Positions 22,095-32,993 of a DNA stretch of 64,000 bases are shown piece by piece. The DNA comes from a virus (taxonomy: Duplodnaviria; Caudoviricetes), in the IMG/VR virus record IMGVR_UViG_3300022871_001550, positions 670 through 64,669 of that record. One strand, given 5' to 3'. The position numbers were made by a program, and so were the translations under genes. The notes beneath the pieces are model-generated. The model did not search any database. It saw nothing but the letters and a program-made list of their open reading frames with translations, and had not been told where the DNA came from. Each line of letters starts with the position of its first letter. Within the stretch, counting starts at the first letter, position 1.

Positions 22095-23536
22095 AGTTTT
22101 AATTTAAAAATGTAATTATTCTCTTTATAGTTAATTGCAGGACCAATGGCAGTTAAAATTTCTTTTTGTTTTTTAATTTTACTCGTTATTTCCTTAGCTG
22201 CATTTATTTCTTTTTGTACTCCTCCCATATATTGTTGCTTAAGTTTTTCTGCCTTACGTTTTGCTTTACCTTCGGCTCTTTTAGCAAAAAACTTAACAAT
22301 AAAAGCTTTAACTTGTTTTAACAAAAAAGAGAGTAAAAATCCTATTGCTGCATTTAATACCATATTACACAAAATCGTTAACAACAAAGATTGTTTTTTT
22401 TGAGGTTCTGTCCAATTGTCAGGATTGCCATCCCAATTCAAAAGAATATCACAACTTGACGGTGGAAATAAATTATTTGGATTAAAATTTTCCGCTTCTG
22501 CGTTTCGACCTTGAGAAAACAATAAATTTTGAAACTCTTTTAGCAACCCGTCATAACCAGAACTAAAAGCTGGACCTGCACCATCTATTGGTTGGATTAC
22601 CCCCATAAAAAAAGGTTTTAATAAAATTGTTATGTGAGTTATTAACTTTTCAATTAGCAGCTGAGAAAAACTTTTTTGATTTGCTGCAGCCTTTCCTTGT
22701 CCACTTCCAGTTGTGATTTTTTGAGTTTGATTTGATACATGTCCAATACAATTAGCTAAAGATTGAGCTGGAGTAGTATAGCTAGATGAAACAACTCCTG
22801 GTGGAGAATCTGAAAACAAATAACTAGGATTATCTGGAAAAGAAATATCAACTCCACTACAGCTAACTCTGAAAAAAGCTTTTCCAGCTTTTATTTGTTC
22901 TTTCATTTTAATTCGATTATATTCCAAATCCTCATTTCTATTGTTCGCAGGAGATGAAACGCTAAAGATTTCAGTTCCACAAAATGACTCATTTAAAATT
23001 TCTTCTAATCTACCTTCATCTTGCTGACTAGTCATCACCTCAATTCCTGCATCTTTTTTTGGATTTCCAAATATCAACAACATTAAATCTTTGATTATTT
23101 GCATTTTAAGTGCATTTATAACTGTTCGTAACGCAGTTTTTATGGTATCATTTGAATTTAAATACTCATAATTACTATCCGCTGCAGCTTTTCTTTTTTC
23201 TCTTGATGAACCTGCAATTATTCTAAGAGGAGATTCTGGGTCTAAAACAATAAAAACTCCAGCTGCAAGCTGTGCAGTGCCTCTCAACATAACATCTACC
23301 AATTTATCAGTTTCTAAAAAACTGCTAATAAAAGAACTCAACAATACAACAGGGTCAACACCCATCGCTCTCATAATTTTCAAAATATAATCAAAAGTTG
23401 AAATCTGTTCTCCTTTTGGAATTTTAAATCTTTGAAAGAAATTTAAACTCAATAGATTTTTCATAGAACCTACTTTAGCAATAAGCTCACTTTGAGTTTC
23501 AGTTAACGGTTGATTTAGTGGTACCTGATATGCCAT
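22085..23536 (-). CDS. Hypothetical protein
   Basis: 483-aa ORF with a hydrophobic helix near the C-terminus. Confidence 0.6.
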   Translation of the reverse strand: MAYQVPLNQPLTETQSELIAKVGSMKNLLSLNFFQRFKIPKGEQISTFDYILKIMRAMGVDPVVLLSSFISSFLETDKLVDVMLRGTAQLAAGVFIVLDPESPLRIIAGSSREKRKAAADSNYEYLNSNDTIKTALRTVINALKMQIIKDLMLLIFGNPKKDAGIEVMTSQQDEGRLEEILNESFCGTEIFSVSSPANNRNEDLEYNRIKMKEQIKAGKAFFRVSCSGVDISFPDNPSYLFSDSPPGVVSSSYTTPAQSLANCIGHVSNQTQKITTGSGQGKAAANQKSFSQLLIEKLITHITILLKPFFMGVIQPIDGAGPAFSSGYDGLLKEFQNLLFSQGRNAEAENFNPNNLFPPSSCDILLNWDGNPDNWTEPQKKQSLLLTILCNMVLNAAIGFLLSFLLKQVKAFIVKFFAKRAEGKAKRKAEKLKQQYMGGVQKEINAAKEITSKIKKQKEILTAIGPAINYKENNYIFKLKLWH

Positions 23537-23540
23537 TTAA

Positions 23541-23894
23541 TTATTCTTTGTCTTTTTGTTTTTTGCTATCTTCAAATTCAACAATCTCACTCATAATTTT
23601 ATCTTTAAACCCATCATCCAAATGAAGGTTGACATCTTGTGGAGATGCATCATTATAAACTATGCTTTTGATTTCTTTTGCTATATTAGCAATATCAGAC
23701 GTTGAATTTGACGCTAGCGTTAAGAATGAAACGGCATTTTTTCCCATTAACACAAATGCTTCAGCAGAATCCATTTGTTCATCTGCTTCACGAAACCTAT
23801 CTAGCGCAAGCTCTCTTTCTTCTGTTTTGTTTTGAAAAACCTTCTCTAAAAGGTCTAAATAGCCTTCTTTGGAAATATTAATTTTGTTACCCAT
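23541..23894 (-). CDS. Hypothetical helical protein
   Basis: 117-aa ORF, first gene after a TATTTAT motif. Confidence 0.6.
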   Translation of the reverse strand: MGNKINISKEGYLDLLEKVFQNKTEERELALDRFREADEQMDSAEAFVLMGKNAVSFLTLASNSTSDIANIAKEIKSIVYNDASPQDVNLHLDDGFKDKIMSEIVEFEDSKKQKDKE

Positions 23895-23933
23895 AATAAA
23901 AATTGTTTATATATAAATATATAGCCAAAATTT

Positions 23934-24899
23934 TTATTCATTTTTATCATTAAAATCCTGCCTTAAGACTTTATATGCAACTCTGAAGCGCTGTAGCGAA
24001 TATGTAATATCTTTAGTTTCCAATTCTGTAATAACTTTAATCATTTGGTAAATTTGATTTTTGTTATAAACGCCCATGATTTCATGGTTTTTGAAAATTT
24101 GTACAATTGCATCTCCAACTTTTTGGTCATTTTTTGTTAAAACTCCATTTTCTAAATTTGCCTCAATGGTTTCAATAACATGATTAAACAATACAGTTGT
24201 TTTTTCTTCGGGCTCAAAAAATTTATGTTCTTCCAATAGGTCATGTTTAATTTCTTCTTTGCTATTTTCAAAGCTTGCTAAGATTTTCAACTCCTTAGAA
24301 GCTTCTTTTCTTTTGCCTAAATAATGATGCTTTGCAACTGTTCCATAATATGAATAAGATTTTGTCTTTTGCCAAGGGTTAAAATTAGTAAACTTTATAT
24401 ACAAAAAAGTATAACAATCTCCCAATTGTGTCTTGATATCAATCCCAGGCACAAAAAGCCTATAGTTAAACAAAATGTTTTCAACCAACTTTGTTAAAGG
24501 CTCTTTTATATGATTTCGAAATATTTTATCTCTAATGTTTTTTCTATCAGGATTTAATAGAACTTCTTCTTTTCTTCTTTGCATTTCGAAACAATAACTC
24601 TTATCTATAGGCCTCTTCTGTTTGAATGCTTTTGTTTCTTCTTCTTTAATTCTATTTTCAAAAAACAGCTCATTTAAATAAAGAAAGTTCATTACTGCAT
24701 TTTCAGTCTCTTCCGTCCAATAATCATTATCTTTATCGCTATCAACATCGGTGCCAGCATCAACGTCAACGTTTAAAGATTCATCTTTAAAGGATTTCTC
24801 TGAGTCGCCTATCTCATTTTCGCTAGATAACTCAAACCCATCCTTTGAAAAAGAATCATCATCTTCTAAGAATGTATTTTTATTTTCATCAATACTCAT
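23934..24899 (-). CDS. Phage RNA polymerase sigma factor (T4 gp55-like, late transcription)
   Basis: YWTEETENAV...LTKLVENILFNY...KFTNFNPWQKTKSYSYYGTVAKHHYL resembles sigma region 2 (FDP.K..AFSYF) of gp55-like proteins; acidic N-terminal tail. Confidence 0.65.
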   Translation of the reverse strand: MSIDENKNTFLEDDDSFSKDGFELSSENEIGDSEKSFKDESLNVDVDAGTDVDSDKDNDYWTEETENAVMNFLYLNELFFENRIKEEETKAFKQKRPIDKSYCFEMQRRKEEVLLNPDRKNIRDKIFRNHIKEPLTKLVENILFNYRLFVPGIDIKTQLGDCYTFLYIKFTNFNPWQKTKSYSYYGTVAKHHYLGKRKEASKELKILASFENSKEEIKHDLLEEHKFFEPEEKTTVLFNHVIETIEANLENGVLTKNDQKVGDAIVQIFKNHEIMGVYNKNQIYQMIKVITELETKDITYSLQRFRVAYKVLRQDFNDKNE

Positions 24900-25835
24900 T
24901 TATTGCTTTATTGATGGTTCGTAAAGTTTTTTTCTATCTTCATCAAAGAAATATTCCTTCTTAGACAAATCTAGCCAATATTGTGCCTCTGCTGGTAAAT
25001 AGCCACCTTTCTCCTTTGGGATTGTTGTTAAGTTTTGAGGAATTTTACAAGAGTATTCATTAAATTCAGTTGCTGTGAATATTCTATGTTCATATCCTAT
25101 TCTTTGAACGCTCATTCCTTTTAGGTCATTATAAATCATTCTCATTAAGAATTCATAATAATGGCTTAATTTCATGCTTTCTTTTACAGGCAAAAAAGTT
25201 CCATCTTTAGTCACTTCGCTATATTCTTCTAAAGACTTTATTTTAAAAATCGCCCCAATTGGAATTATACAGTTAAAGCGATTTAATAAACTTAAGTCAA
25301 TTTTTCCTGCTTCTTCAGCTAACCCTTCAGCCCAAGGGGCTTCATTCATAAGATTACTAAAAACACCATTGGCTGTATTTCTTATAATAGGAAAGAACAT
25401 ATCAATCTCAGGATTTTCAACGTTAAATTCATTTGCTAACCTATACCATTGAAGTCCTACAATATCATTTCGCTCTATTATAGAGCAGAATTCATATTTA
25501 TTATTAGAAGCTACATTAAACATAAAGTTAAACAATTTAGGAAATTCAGTTAATTCAGTTTTAGCTAAAACATAATTTATAGTTCCGTCAGATTTGATTG
25601 TTTCCTCTTCAGTCTTACCATCAACCTGGCTTCTTGCAATAATCGTAGGATTTTCAACAATTTCAACTAATGCTTTTAAATCATCATCTCCTAAATTATG
25701 CATTACCAACAAGTCAATTGGATAAGTTTGTTTAGAAATGCTAAAAAACGTTTCTTGTAGCATTTCTTTATTCTTTAAACTGTCAATAAAGATTGACACT
25801 AAGATATTACTTTTTTTTGATTCCTTCAAGTTCAT
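24900..25835 (-). CDS. Glycosyltransferase, GT-A/GT2-like (divergent)
   Basis: SISKQTYPIDLLV, FCSIIERND at the DxD position, and GAIFKI...YYEFLMR..YN. Confidence 0.6.
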   Translation of the reverse strand: MNLKESKKSNILVSIFIDSLKNKEMLQETFFSISKQTYPIDLLVMHNLGDDDLKALVEIVENPTIIARSQVDGKTEEETIKSDGTINYVLAKTELTEFPKLFNFMFNVASNNKYEFCSIIERNDIVGLQWYRLANEFNVENPEIDMFFPIIRNTANGVFSNLMNEAPWAEGLAEEAGKIDLSLLNRFNCIIPIGAIFKIKSLEEYSEVTKDGTFLPVKESMKLSHYYEFLMRMIYNDLKGMSVQRIGYEHRIFTATEFNEYSCKIPQNLTTIPKEKGGYLPAEAQYWLDLSKKEYFFDEDRKKLYEPSIKQ

Positions 25836-26994
25836 ATATTCTTTCTTTTTTATATTCGTTAATAATTTCTAAAAATCTTTTTTGTTCTTTTACATCAGTG
25901 TATGGTTCTAAGGTTGTTTCATAAGACTTTTGAATTTCGTCTGTATCCATTTCTCCGTTTAACCATTTATCTATAGCTACACCAAGAATTTCTGCTGTTT
26001 GAAAAATTTCACCATTTGTAGTCCAGAAACCATTATCTTGGTTTACATATTCTTTTCCGCCATAAGCATTCCAACCTACAACGTGCGTTCCTGATGCCAT
26101 AGCCTCCAATGGAAGTGTGCCAAAACCAGCAATATCGTCAGTATGTAATACAAATGCACAACTAGCTAAAGTCTCTGCAAACTCTTCTCTTGAAAGTCCT
26201 GTGAGCTCAATAAAACGAACCCACCTTAAATGAGGATAAAAAGATTGGAAAGTTTTAATAATATTAAAAGTCTTAGCTCTATTTTCAGGACCTCTAGTTC
26301 CAGTAAACCCAACCATAGGATATTTTTCTGATTTTTTTCCTGGCACTTTAAATAAATTTCTATTGATGCTCTGCGAAAATTGTTTAACGCTTAACCCTGG
26401 CATTACAGCATCTAAATATTCCGAAATAGCATCTGATACTGAAATTACATCTTTTACTCCAAAAGAATGCCAGCTTTCACCTGTATTTAAAGAATTAAGA
26501 ATATAAAACCAGCTTTGTGCTAAAACTATTTTTTTACAAGCTACTTGCATGGTTTTCTTCATAACATTTGGAAATCCCTCAGGAATAAAAATAAAGTCCT
26601 CAGGATTCAAATTTAAAGGAATACATTTTTCCTCAGTGCCATCGACAAATTTGATAGACTGGTCTCCCAGTGGAAGAAATTCGATTTTAGAATAATCAAA
26701 ATCTAACCAAGTTGGATTAAAATTTTCAAAAATATCAATTTTTTTATTTGCTTTTGACGAAGCTTCATATGAAGCTCTTTGGTCTTGTCTTGGCTCATAA
26801 ATGATTTTTGCATCATAACCATCGTCAACCATTATTTTAGCCAGACGAATAAGCGTGCCAATTCCTCCACTTGGAGTATTTAAAGGGGGACAATAGAAAT
26901 AAAATTTTCCTTTGTTATTTTTTACTTTTTCAATTACTGTATTTATTAACTCATTGTGGTCAATTTCTACAGGCTTGTTTTTTTCATTTTCCAT
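25807..26994 (-). CDS. Glycosyltransferase, GT-B/GT4-like
   Basis: PSGGIGTL and IAGFGTLPLEAMASGTHVVG (EGFGLPPLEAM-type motif). Confidence 0.8.
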   Translation of the reverse strand: MENEKNKPVEIDHNELINTVIEKVKNNKGKFYFYCPPLNTPSGGIGTLIRLAKIMVDDGYDAKIIYEPRQDQRASYEASSKANKKIDIFENFNPTWLDFDYSKIEFLPLGDQSIKFVDGTEEKCIPLNLNPEDFIFIPEGFPNVMKKTMQVACKKIVLAQSWFYILNSLNTGESWHSFGVKDVISVSDAISEYLDAVMPGLSVKQFSQSINRNLFKVPGKKSEKYPMVGFTGTRGPENRAKTFNIIKTFQSFYPHLRWVRFIELTGLSREEFAETLASCAFVLHTDDIAGFGTLPLEAMASGTHVVGWNAYGGKEYVNQDNGFWTTNGEIFQTAEILGVAIDKWLNGEMDTDEIQKSYETTLEPYTDVKEQKRFLEIINEYKKERIYELEGIKKK

Positions 26995-27040
26995 ATTATA
27001 AGAATGTTTTAAATTGTTGTTAATTAAATTTATTTAATTT

Positions 27041-27817
27041 TTAAGAGATAGTAAATAGTTTTTCAAGAAACTTTTCATTATTCACTTCTTTTAATGATTT
27101 TACTGAAAAATCAGCCTCATCCCACTCATTATAAGGTCTAATTATTTTAATCGAAGTTTTTCCATCAGGCTTGTTTTGAAATGCTTCTGGAGCCACATCA
27201 ATTAGAACATCGCAATAGTTCCATTTATCGACATCATTTTCTACAATTTGAAAATTTCTTGCTCTACTTCCCATTTTATGGAGGAAGTGAAAATTAGATG
27301 TTATTGCATTTGATTTAAGGTCTGACAATAAAACAGTTTCAAATAAATTATTTTTTAAACCATAAGCCTGTATTCTATTGAAATAACTCATGGCATTTGT
27401 AAATTCTTCAGCATCTCCAAAGATTTTAAATGGATATTTTTCATACATAAATTTATGCATTCCTTCTTCTGGGCTTAAAATTTTATCTTCCATCTCCAAT
27501 TCCATATCCCATTCTCTAAATTCAGAGTTCTTAGGGGTTTTAAATGCATTTTTATTTTCAAACTCAGGAGCCTCATCAAATTGATAATGATTTAAAAGGT
27601 CATGCGTATCAACTGGTAAAGAAATACGGTCATCTGTTTCTTTAGCAATTTTCGCTGCCTTTTCTTCAAGCTCTTGCTCAGTAGGTTCTTTATATTGAAA
27701 TTCTTCATCCATATCAACTAAAGTTGGGTTGTCTATGAATACTTTTCTGTATTGTTTATCAAAAGAGTCGTGGTAATTTCTAATTACTCCGTCTATGCTA
27801 ATTCCTAATTTTTTCAT
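27041..27817 (-). CDS. HAD-fold 5'(3')-nucleotidase-like protein with a degenerate motif I
   Basis: GISIDGVIRN (the canonical motif is DxDGV), CDVLIDVAP and KIIRPYNE. Confidence 0.6.
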   Translation of the reverse strand: MKKLGISIDGVIRNYHDSFDKQYRKVFIDNPTLVDMDEEFQYKEPTEQELEEKAAKIAKETDDRISLPVDTHDLLNHYQFDEAPEFENKNAFKTPKNSEFREWDMELEMEDKILSPEEGMHKFMYEKYPFKIFGDAEEFTNAMSYFNRIQAYGLKNNLFETVLLSDLKSNAITSNFHFLHKMGSRARNFQIVENDVDKWNYCDVLIDVAPEAFQNKPDGKTSIKIIRPYNEWDEADFSVKSLKEVNNEKFLEKLFTIS

Positions 27818-27841
27818 ATAATTTACATTTAGGATAAAAAT

Positions 27842-27873
27842 AAAAAAAGCCCTTAGAAAACTAAAGGCTAAAA
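27842..27873 (-). terminator. Probable intrinsic terminator after the metallophosphoesterase gene
   Basis: gcc(c)ttag-aaaa-ctaa(a)ggc hairpin next to an A7 tract (U-tail on the minus strand). Confidence 0.6.
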
Positions 27874-27902
27874 TTAAAAAAAATTATTTTATTTGAAGAT
27901 TG

Positions 27903-29459
27903 TTATTTTAAAGTAGTATATTCGGCTTTTTTCCCAATAAAGTTAATGTGTTGAGCCTTTCCATCTTTATGGATAATAACATGCGTATGTAACCATGTGC
28001 TTGGCCCTAAGTTATATCCTAAACGTAATTTTGTTGAAGTTCCCACAGACAATGCACCATCTTTTCTTCCAGGAGTATGATAATGCGCTAAAACTATTTT
28101 TGTATTAAGGTTTTTAAATTGATTTAATGAACCCCTGCTTCCATTTTGTCCATAATCTCCATGCACGCCTAATTCCCATCCTTTAACCTTGTAGCCATCC
28201 ATTCTACCTAAAGCATTGATGTTGTTGAAATTTTGATTAATTACATATGGTACAATTCCCTTTGGGGCTTCATTTGCTAATAATACTCGTGCATATTCCA
28301 TATATTCAAGAGAATTTTTAATATTCTTTTTCCAATCACTATTAATTATCCACCTATCTACAAAATCATCATGATTACTTCTAACTACAACAAGATTGTA
28401 TTTTTCCATACCCTTTAACCAATGAACCATATTGTCCATTTCTTTTTTAAGAGAATTGGTTCCTTGTTGTTCTTTGTGAAATTGTAAAACAGGGTCTTTA
28501 AGATGATGATGGCTAATCGAGTAACCGTCAAATAAATCATGCAAAATAGTATGCTTAGGTTTTAAAATATCAAGAAGCTCTTTTGTTGAATTCATTACGG
28601 CTTCATCTTCATCTCCTAAGTGAATGTCTCCTAGAACTATAGCTTCAACGCCATCAATTCTTGATACATTCTTGTTTTTAGTATGGAAAAACAAATCTAT
28701 AAAGTCCCCATTGTCTTTTGCTGTAACTTGACGCATGAAGAATTTTTCTTCATTTTTAATTTCTACTACTACAAAACCAAGAGTATGGTGAAATTCACCC
28801 TTTTTCCCTGCTTTAGAGTCCGTATAATTTCTTTTGGTAACAGCACCTGTCGTTAGCATAATCTTTGGCTTATGACCCACTAAAGCGCCTAAAACCTCCA
28901 TATGAACTTTAGGTGAACCAAAGATACATGAATTAATTCCGCTCATTCCGCCCATACCAGTTAAAGGATTAACTGCAGTAGGTTGAACTTTTACGTCTGA
29001 CATTACAGAAACATATTTATGAATATTATGTCTACCTGCATCTAAAAAAGGTAAAACTCTATTATCCCAGACATCAAAGTTTTTATCTGTAAAAACAGAT
29101 GTTGGATTCTTATAACGTCCTGCAATAACATGAATATCTGCATTGATAAATTCTGCATAAGCCTTCATGTTATCAAAAAATTTCTGATGAATAGGAGTGT
29201 CATTTTGAGCCCATGTGATTAAAAATCTCTTTTTGGTTTTGTCAAAAGTTCTCTTTTTTGCTTCTGCATACTGTTCAGAATTCTCAACATTTTCTTTTTC
29301 TTTGACATTAAGTTTAGATAACCATTTTCGCACAGTTCTTTCGGACTTATCAAAGTATTTCATTAAAATAGCCATTCTTTCGTCCCATGACAATTCTTTG
29401 TTTAAGTGGATTGTTCGAGCATAGTTTACTTGCTCTTCAGTAAGTTCTTTAAATTTCAT
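27903..29459 (-). CDS. Calcineurin-like metallophosphoesterase with an N-terminal HTH, resembling T5 A1-family nucleases
   Basis: GDIH, HDLFDG, SNHD, HGD and HYH metal motifs; SERTVRKWL helix-turn-helix; GQNGSRGS and LGYNLGPSTW. Confidence 0.65.
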   Translation of the reverse strand: MKFKELTEEQVNYARTIHLNKELSWDERMAILMKYFDKSERTVRKWLSKLNVKEKENVENSEQYAEAKKRTFDKTKKRFLITWAQNDTPIHQKFFDNMKAYAEFINADIHVIAGRYKNPTSVFTDKNFDVWDNRVLPFLDAGRHNIHKYVSVMSDVKVQPTAVNPLTGMGGMSGINSCIFGSPKVHMEVLGALVGHKPKIMLTTGAVTKRNYTDSKAGKKGEFHHTLGFVVVEIKNEEKFFMRQVTAKDNGDFIDLFFHTKNKNVSRIDGVEAIVLGDIHLGDEDEAVMNSTKELLDILKPKHTILHDLFDGYSISHHHLKDPVLQFHKEQQGTNSLKKEMDNMVHWLKGMEKYNLVVVRSNHDDFVDRWIINSDWKKNIKNSLEYMEYARVLLANEAPKGIVPYVINQNFNNINALGRMDGYKVKGWELGVHGDYGQNGSRGSLNQFKNLNTKIVLAHYHTPGRKDGALSVGTSTKLRLGYNLGPSTWLHTHVIIHKDGKAQHINFIGKKAEYTTLK

Positions 29460-29506
29460 ATTTCTTTTTTTGTAAAGATACTAAAAAATATCTAAAAAAA
29501 ATGATT

Positions 29507-31750
29507 TTACTCTATTTTTTTTGTTTTTTCCATTTGAGAATAATCACTTTCTATAATTTCTTTTATTAAATCTTCGAACTTAACTTTTGTTTCCCAATTT
29601 AAAACCTCTTTTGCCTTAGTTGCATCTCCAAGTAATAATTCAACCTCTGTCGGCCTAAAATAAGCAGGGTCAATTTCAATTAACAATTGGCCTGTATTTT
29701 TATCATGACCCTTTTCATCAATACCACTCCCGCTCCATTCAATTTCATATCCTAAATATTTAGCAGAAATCTCTACACACTCTCTAACCGAATGTAGTTC
29801 CCCAGTAGCCAAAACAAAATCATCTGGAGTATCCTGCTGTAACATTCTCCACATTCCCTCTACATATTCTTTTGCATGTCCCCAATCTCTTTGAGAATCT
29901 AAATTTCCAAGCTTTAAAGTTTTATTCGCTCCAAATTTAATTTTAACTAATTCAGATGTAATTTTTCTAGTAACAAATGTAAGTCCTCTACGTGGAGAAT
30001 TATGAACATGTCCTTGTCCCACCCCAGCATGAAACGTTCCACTTTCTGTCTCTAAATCAAAAAACCAACCATTATATTCTTTCATATCAATTATTTTTTT
30101 TATTGAATTATTTTCAATATTAAAATGATGTTTGTTATTTGGTATATAACCGTTTTGAATCTTTCTTATAAAACCTCTACTAATTTCTGTTTCTCTTTGT
30201 ATTTTTCTTTGTGAATATTCTTTATTAATTAATTCTTCAACTTTATTCCATTTCTCAATGCTATTTCTATGATTTTGTCCTTTATTTGAATTGCTTAAAA
30301 TATTAATTGAATAATATAATCTCTCTTTATTAAATTTAAAAATTTTCTCAACATTTATATTATATTTTTGTTTGGTCGTATTTTGTAAAAGAAAAATTAA
30401 ACCAGCAGCCAAAGTGTGAGAATTAGTTTTAAAATTTTTAAATTTATATTTACAAGGGTTTTTTTTCAACCCATCTGCATTATTATACCCATTTAAAAAA
30501 GATAATTGTATATTTTTATTGGAATTCAATATTAACTTAGGAACTCTCTTTTTTTTATATTCATCATATATATCATTTAAATATTTTTTACCCCATTCTT
30601 TATTGCCATTTAAATTATATTGCCATATTTTTTCATTTTTATTAAATCCAGACCTAGTTTGATATTCATGAATTGTTCCACCTAAATTTTCCCAAATTTC
30701 AGCATACTTTTTTATATATTTAGTTTCTTTTCCTGTAATTCTTAATTTATTTTCTTTTTTATTATAGTCACCATCTCCAACTATAAACCCTATCAATTCT
30801 GCTTCTTTTTCTGAAATTTTATTTTTTAGATTTTTATTTATTGGATATGCTATAAGACTTACTTTATCACCTAGTTTAATATTACCAAATGTTTTTTCTT
30901 CTCCATTTTCCATTATGCATTTATGTGAAGATGTTGCTAAATATGCAGCATTTTTACTGACTAAAAATTTAGGATTTTTATTATTATCTGTGTCATGTGG
31001 GTAACCAGAAGCATACTTAACTTTTGTCCATTTATTTTTGTCCCAAACTTCTAAGTTTTCAGTTACTATTGTTTCTTGATATTCTTTTTTATTTATATCT
31101 ATAGATAATTTATTCTTATTTGTATGATATTTAACTATTTCTGAAATAGGTTTAATATCAATTTCATCACCAATCTTAAATATCATGGGTGTAAAATCAA
31201 CTACAGTTTCGTGGTTAAATAAAATTCCATTGCAAGCAAACAAATCATATGCTTCTCGATAATTTTTTACAATCCAGTATCCATATATTTTAGCTACTCC
31301 ATAAGGAGACCTTGGATAAAACGGAGTCGTTTCTGTTTGAGGTGTTTCTATAACCTTGCCAAAAAGCTCAGAAGTTGATGCCTGATAGAGTTTAGCTGTC
31401 GGACAATGCGTTCTCATCGCTTCTAGAATGTTTAATGTTCCAATAGCATCTACTTGAGCAGTATAATAAGGAATATCAAAAGAAACTCTCACATGCGACT
31501 GTGCCGCAAGATTATAAATCTCATCTGGTTGAACTTCTGAAATTAACCGTGTTATAACTATGGGGTCTGTAATATCTCCAAAATGCAATTTGAGTTTTCC
31601 AAAAATATGGTCAATCTTACCCGTATTAAAAGAACTACTCCTTCTAACTACCCCGTGTACTTCATAACCTTTTTCTAGCAAAAGCTCAGCAAGGTAACTC
31701 CCATCCTGACCAGTTATTCCAGTTAGAAATGCTATTTTTCTTTTCTTCAT
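29507..31750 (-). CDS. gmd: GDP-mannose 4,6-dehydratase, intein-containing
   Basis: [54 protein letters not shown] and RDWGHA; exteins total 344 aa. Confidence 0.97.
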   Translation of the reverse strand: MKKRKIAFLTGITGQDGSYLAELLLEKGYEVHGVVRRSSSFNTGKIDHIFGKLKLHFGDITDPIVITRLISEVQPDEIYNLAAQSHVRVSFDIPYYTAQVDAIGTLNILEAMRTHCPTAKLYQASTSELFGKVIETPQTETTPFYPRSPYGVAKIYGYWIVKNYREAYDLFACNGILFNHETVVDFTPMIFKIGDEIDIKPISEIVKYHTNKNKLSIDINKKEYQETIVTENLEVWDKNKWTKVKYASGYPHDTDNNKNPKFLVSKNAAYLATSSHKCIMENGEEKTFGNIKLGDKVSLIAYPINKNLKNKISEKEAELIGFIVGDGDYNKKENKLRITGKETKYIKKYAEIWENLGGTIHEYQTRSGFNKNEKIWQYNLNGNKEWGKKYLNDIYDEYKKKRVPKLILNSNKNIQLSFLNGYNNADGLKKNPCKYKFKNFKTNSHTLAAGLIFLLQNTTKQKYNINVEKIFKFNKERLYYSINILSNSNKGQNHRNSIEKWNKVEELINKEYSQRKIQRETEISRGFIRKIQNGYIPNNKHHFNIENNSIKKIIDMKEYNGWFFDLETESGTFHAGVGQGHVHNSPRRGLTFVTRKITSELVKIKFGANKTLKLGNLDSQRDWGHAKEYVEGMWRMLQQDTPDDFVLATGELHSVRECVEISAKYLGYEIEWSGSGIDEKGHDKNTGQLLIEIDPAYFRPTEVELLLGDATKAKEVLNWETKVKFEDLIKEIIESDYSQMEKTKKIE
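29999..31207 (-). mobile_element. Intein (403 aa) with a LAGLIDADG homing endonuclease, inserted in gmd
   Basis: Interrupts the conserved NHE|SPRRG; block B ATSSH; LIGFIVGDG and [10 protein letters not shown]; block [12 protein letters not shown]; ends HN before Ser+1; more AT-rich than the exteins. Confidence 0.92.
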
Positions 31751-31751
31751 G

Positions 31752-32942
31752 TTAAATATTTTTAATAATTATATTACATATTTGTTTTATATCATTATAA
31801 CTAAGTTCGGGGTTATTTGGAACATAAAGCCCATTTGAATCTATTAGAGAACAATATTTTTTTTCATTGCGCCCATATTCTTTTATGTAATAAGGCTGAG
31901 TGCCAAGTGACCCAGCAATTAATGGTCGAGATTCTATGCCATATTTTTTTAATTCTCTAACAAGGTTTTTCTTCTCTTCTTCACATTTTCCCAACATAGT
32001 TTTTTTATTTCCAAGAATTATTGGAATACAAAAACTTGAAATAATTTCGCCTTCGGGTATATTTGGCCAAAATCTTAAATGTTCCTTTAATAATGATTCG
32101 AAATGACAAAAATTTTGAAATCTTTTTTCTACGATGAAATCTAATTTTTTTAATTGTTCTATGCCTAAAAATGCTTGCAAGTCCGTTGACCGCATGTTAA
32201 ATCCAGGTACATAAAATGTATAAAGAGCAGAAAAATTATCGACCCCCCATTGGTCTCTAAGTTTTTTCTGAGCTTCTTCGTCTAAGTCTCTATCCCAGCC
32301 ATGACTTCTAATCATTTTTAAAATATTATACAGCTCATCATCATCTGTACAAATCATTCCACCTTCAATTGTTGATATGTGATGTCCGAAATAAAGCGAG
32401 AAAGTTGACATTTCGCCAAATGTTCCTAATTTTTGCCCTTTATGCTCCGAACCTAATGATTCACAAGTGTCTTCCAATAAGTAAACTCCATACTTTTGAC
32501 ATAGTTCTTTAATTTTTGTCATATTAGGGGGTAAACCTAAAACTGAGACAAGCATAAGCGCTGCGGGAGCTTCAATTTTAAAAACTTCCTCTAAATCAGT
32601 AAGATTTACTGATAAATTTTTAATATCGGTATCTACTAGAACTGGGTTAAAACCAAGCTGCATTACAGGAGCAAGGTCGGTTGCCCATGACAACGATGGT
32701 ACTACTATAGTATTGTTTCGAAGTTTTTTTGTGAGCTTTAACGCATAGAGCATCATTAGATTTGCTGAAGAGCCAGAGTTAACAAATACAGAGTGCTTTA
32801 CTCCGAGCCATTTTGACCACTTTTCTTCAAATTCAATTGTTTTATCTCCTTTTGTTAAACGGGGATATGTCTTAAGCCACTCTATTAATTTATCTATATC
32901 TTGGTTAGATATCGTATCATTTACAAGTTTGATTTCTCTCAT
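31752..32942 (-). CDS. colD: PLP-dependent DegT/DnrJ-family enzyme, GDP-4-keto-6-deoxy-mannose 3-dehydratase (ColD)-like
   Basis: [32 protein letters not shown] (His at the usual Schiff-base Lys), RSHGW and PGFNMR; no E1-type Cys cluster; between gmd and fcl. Confidence 0.7.
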   Translation of the reverse strand: MREIKLVNDTISNQDIDKLIEWLKTYPRLTKGDKTIEFEEKWSKWLGVKHSVFVNSGSSANLMMLYALKLTKKLRNNTIVVPSLSWATDLAPVMQLGFNPVLVDTDIKNLSVNLTDLEEVFKIEAPAALMLVSVLGLPPNMTKIKELCQKYGVYLLEDTCESLGSEHKGQKLGTFGEMSTFSLYFGHHISTIEGGMICTDDDELYNILKMIRSHGWDRDLDEEAQKKLRDQWGVDNFSALYTFYVPGFNMRSTDLQAFLGIEQLKKLDFIVEKRFQNFCHFESLLKEHLRFWPNIPEGEIISSFCIPIILGNKKTMLGKCEEEKKNLVRELKKYGIESRPLIAGSLGTQPYYIKEYGRNEKKYCSLIDSNGLYVPNNPELSYNDIKQICNIIIKNI

Positions 32943-32993
32943 GAAGTTTAATTTCCTAAAATATAAGAAATTTTCACTCTGAAATCAAATATT

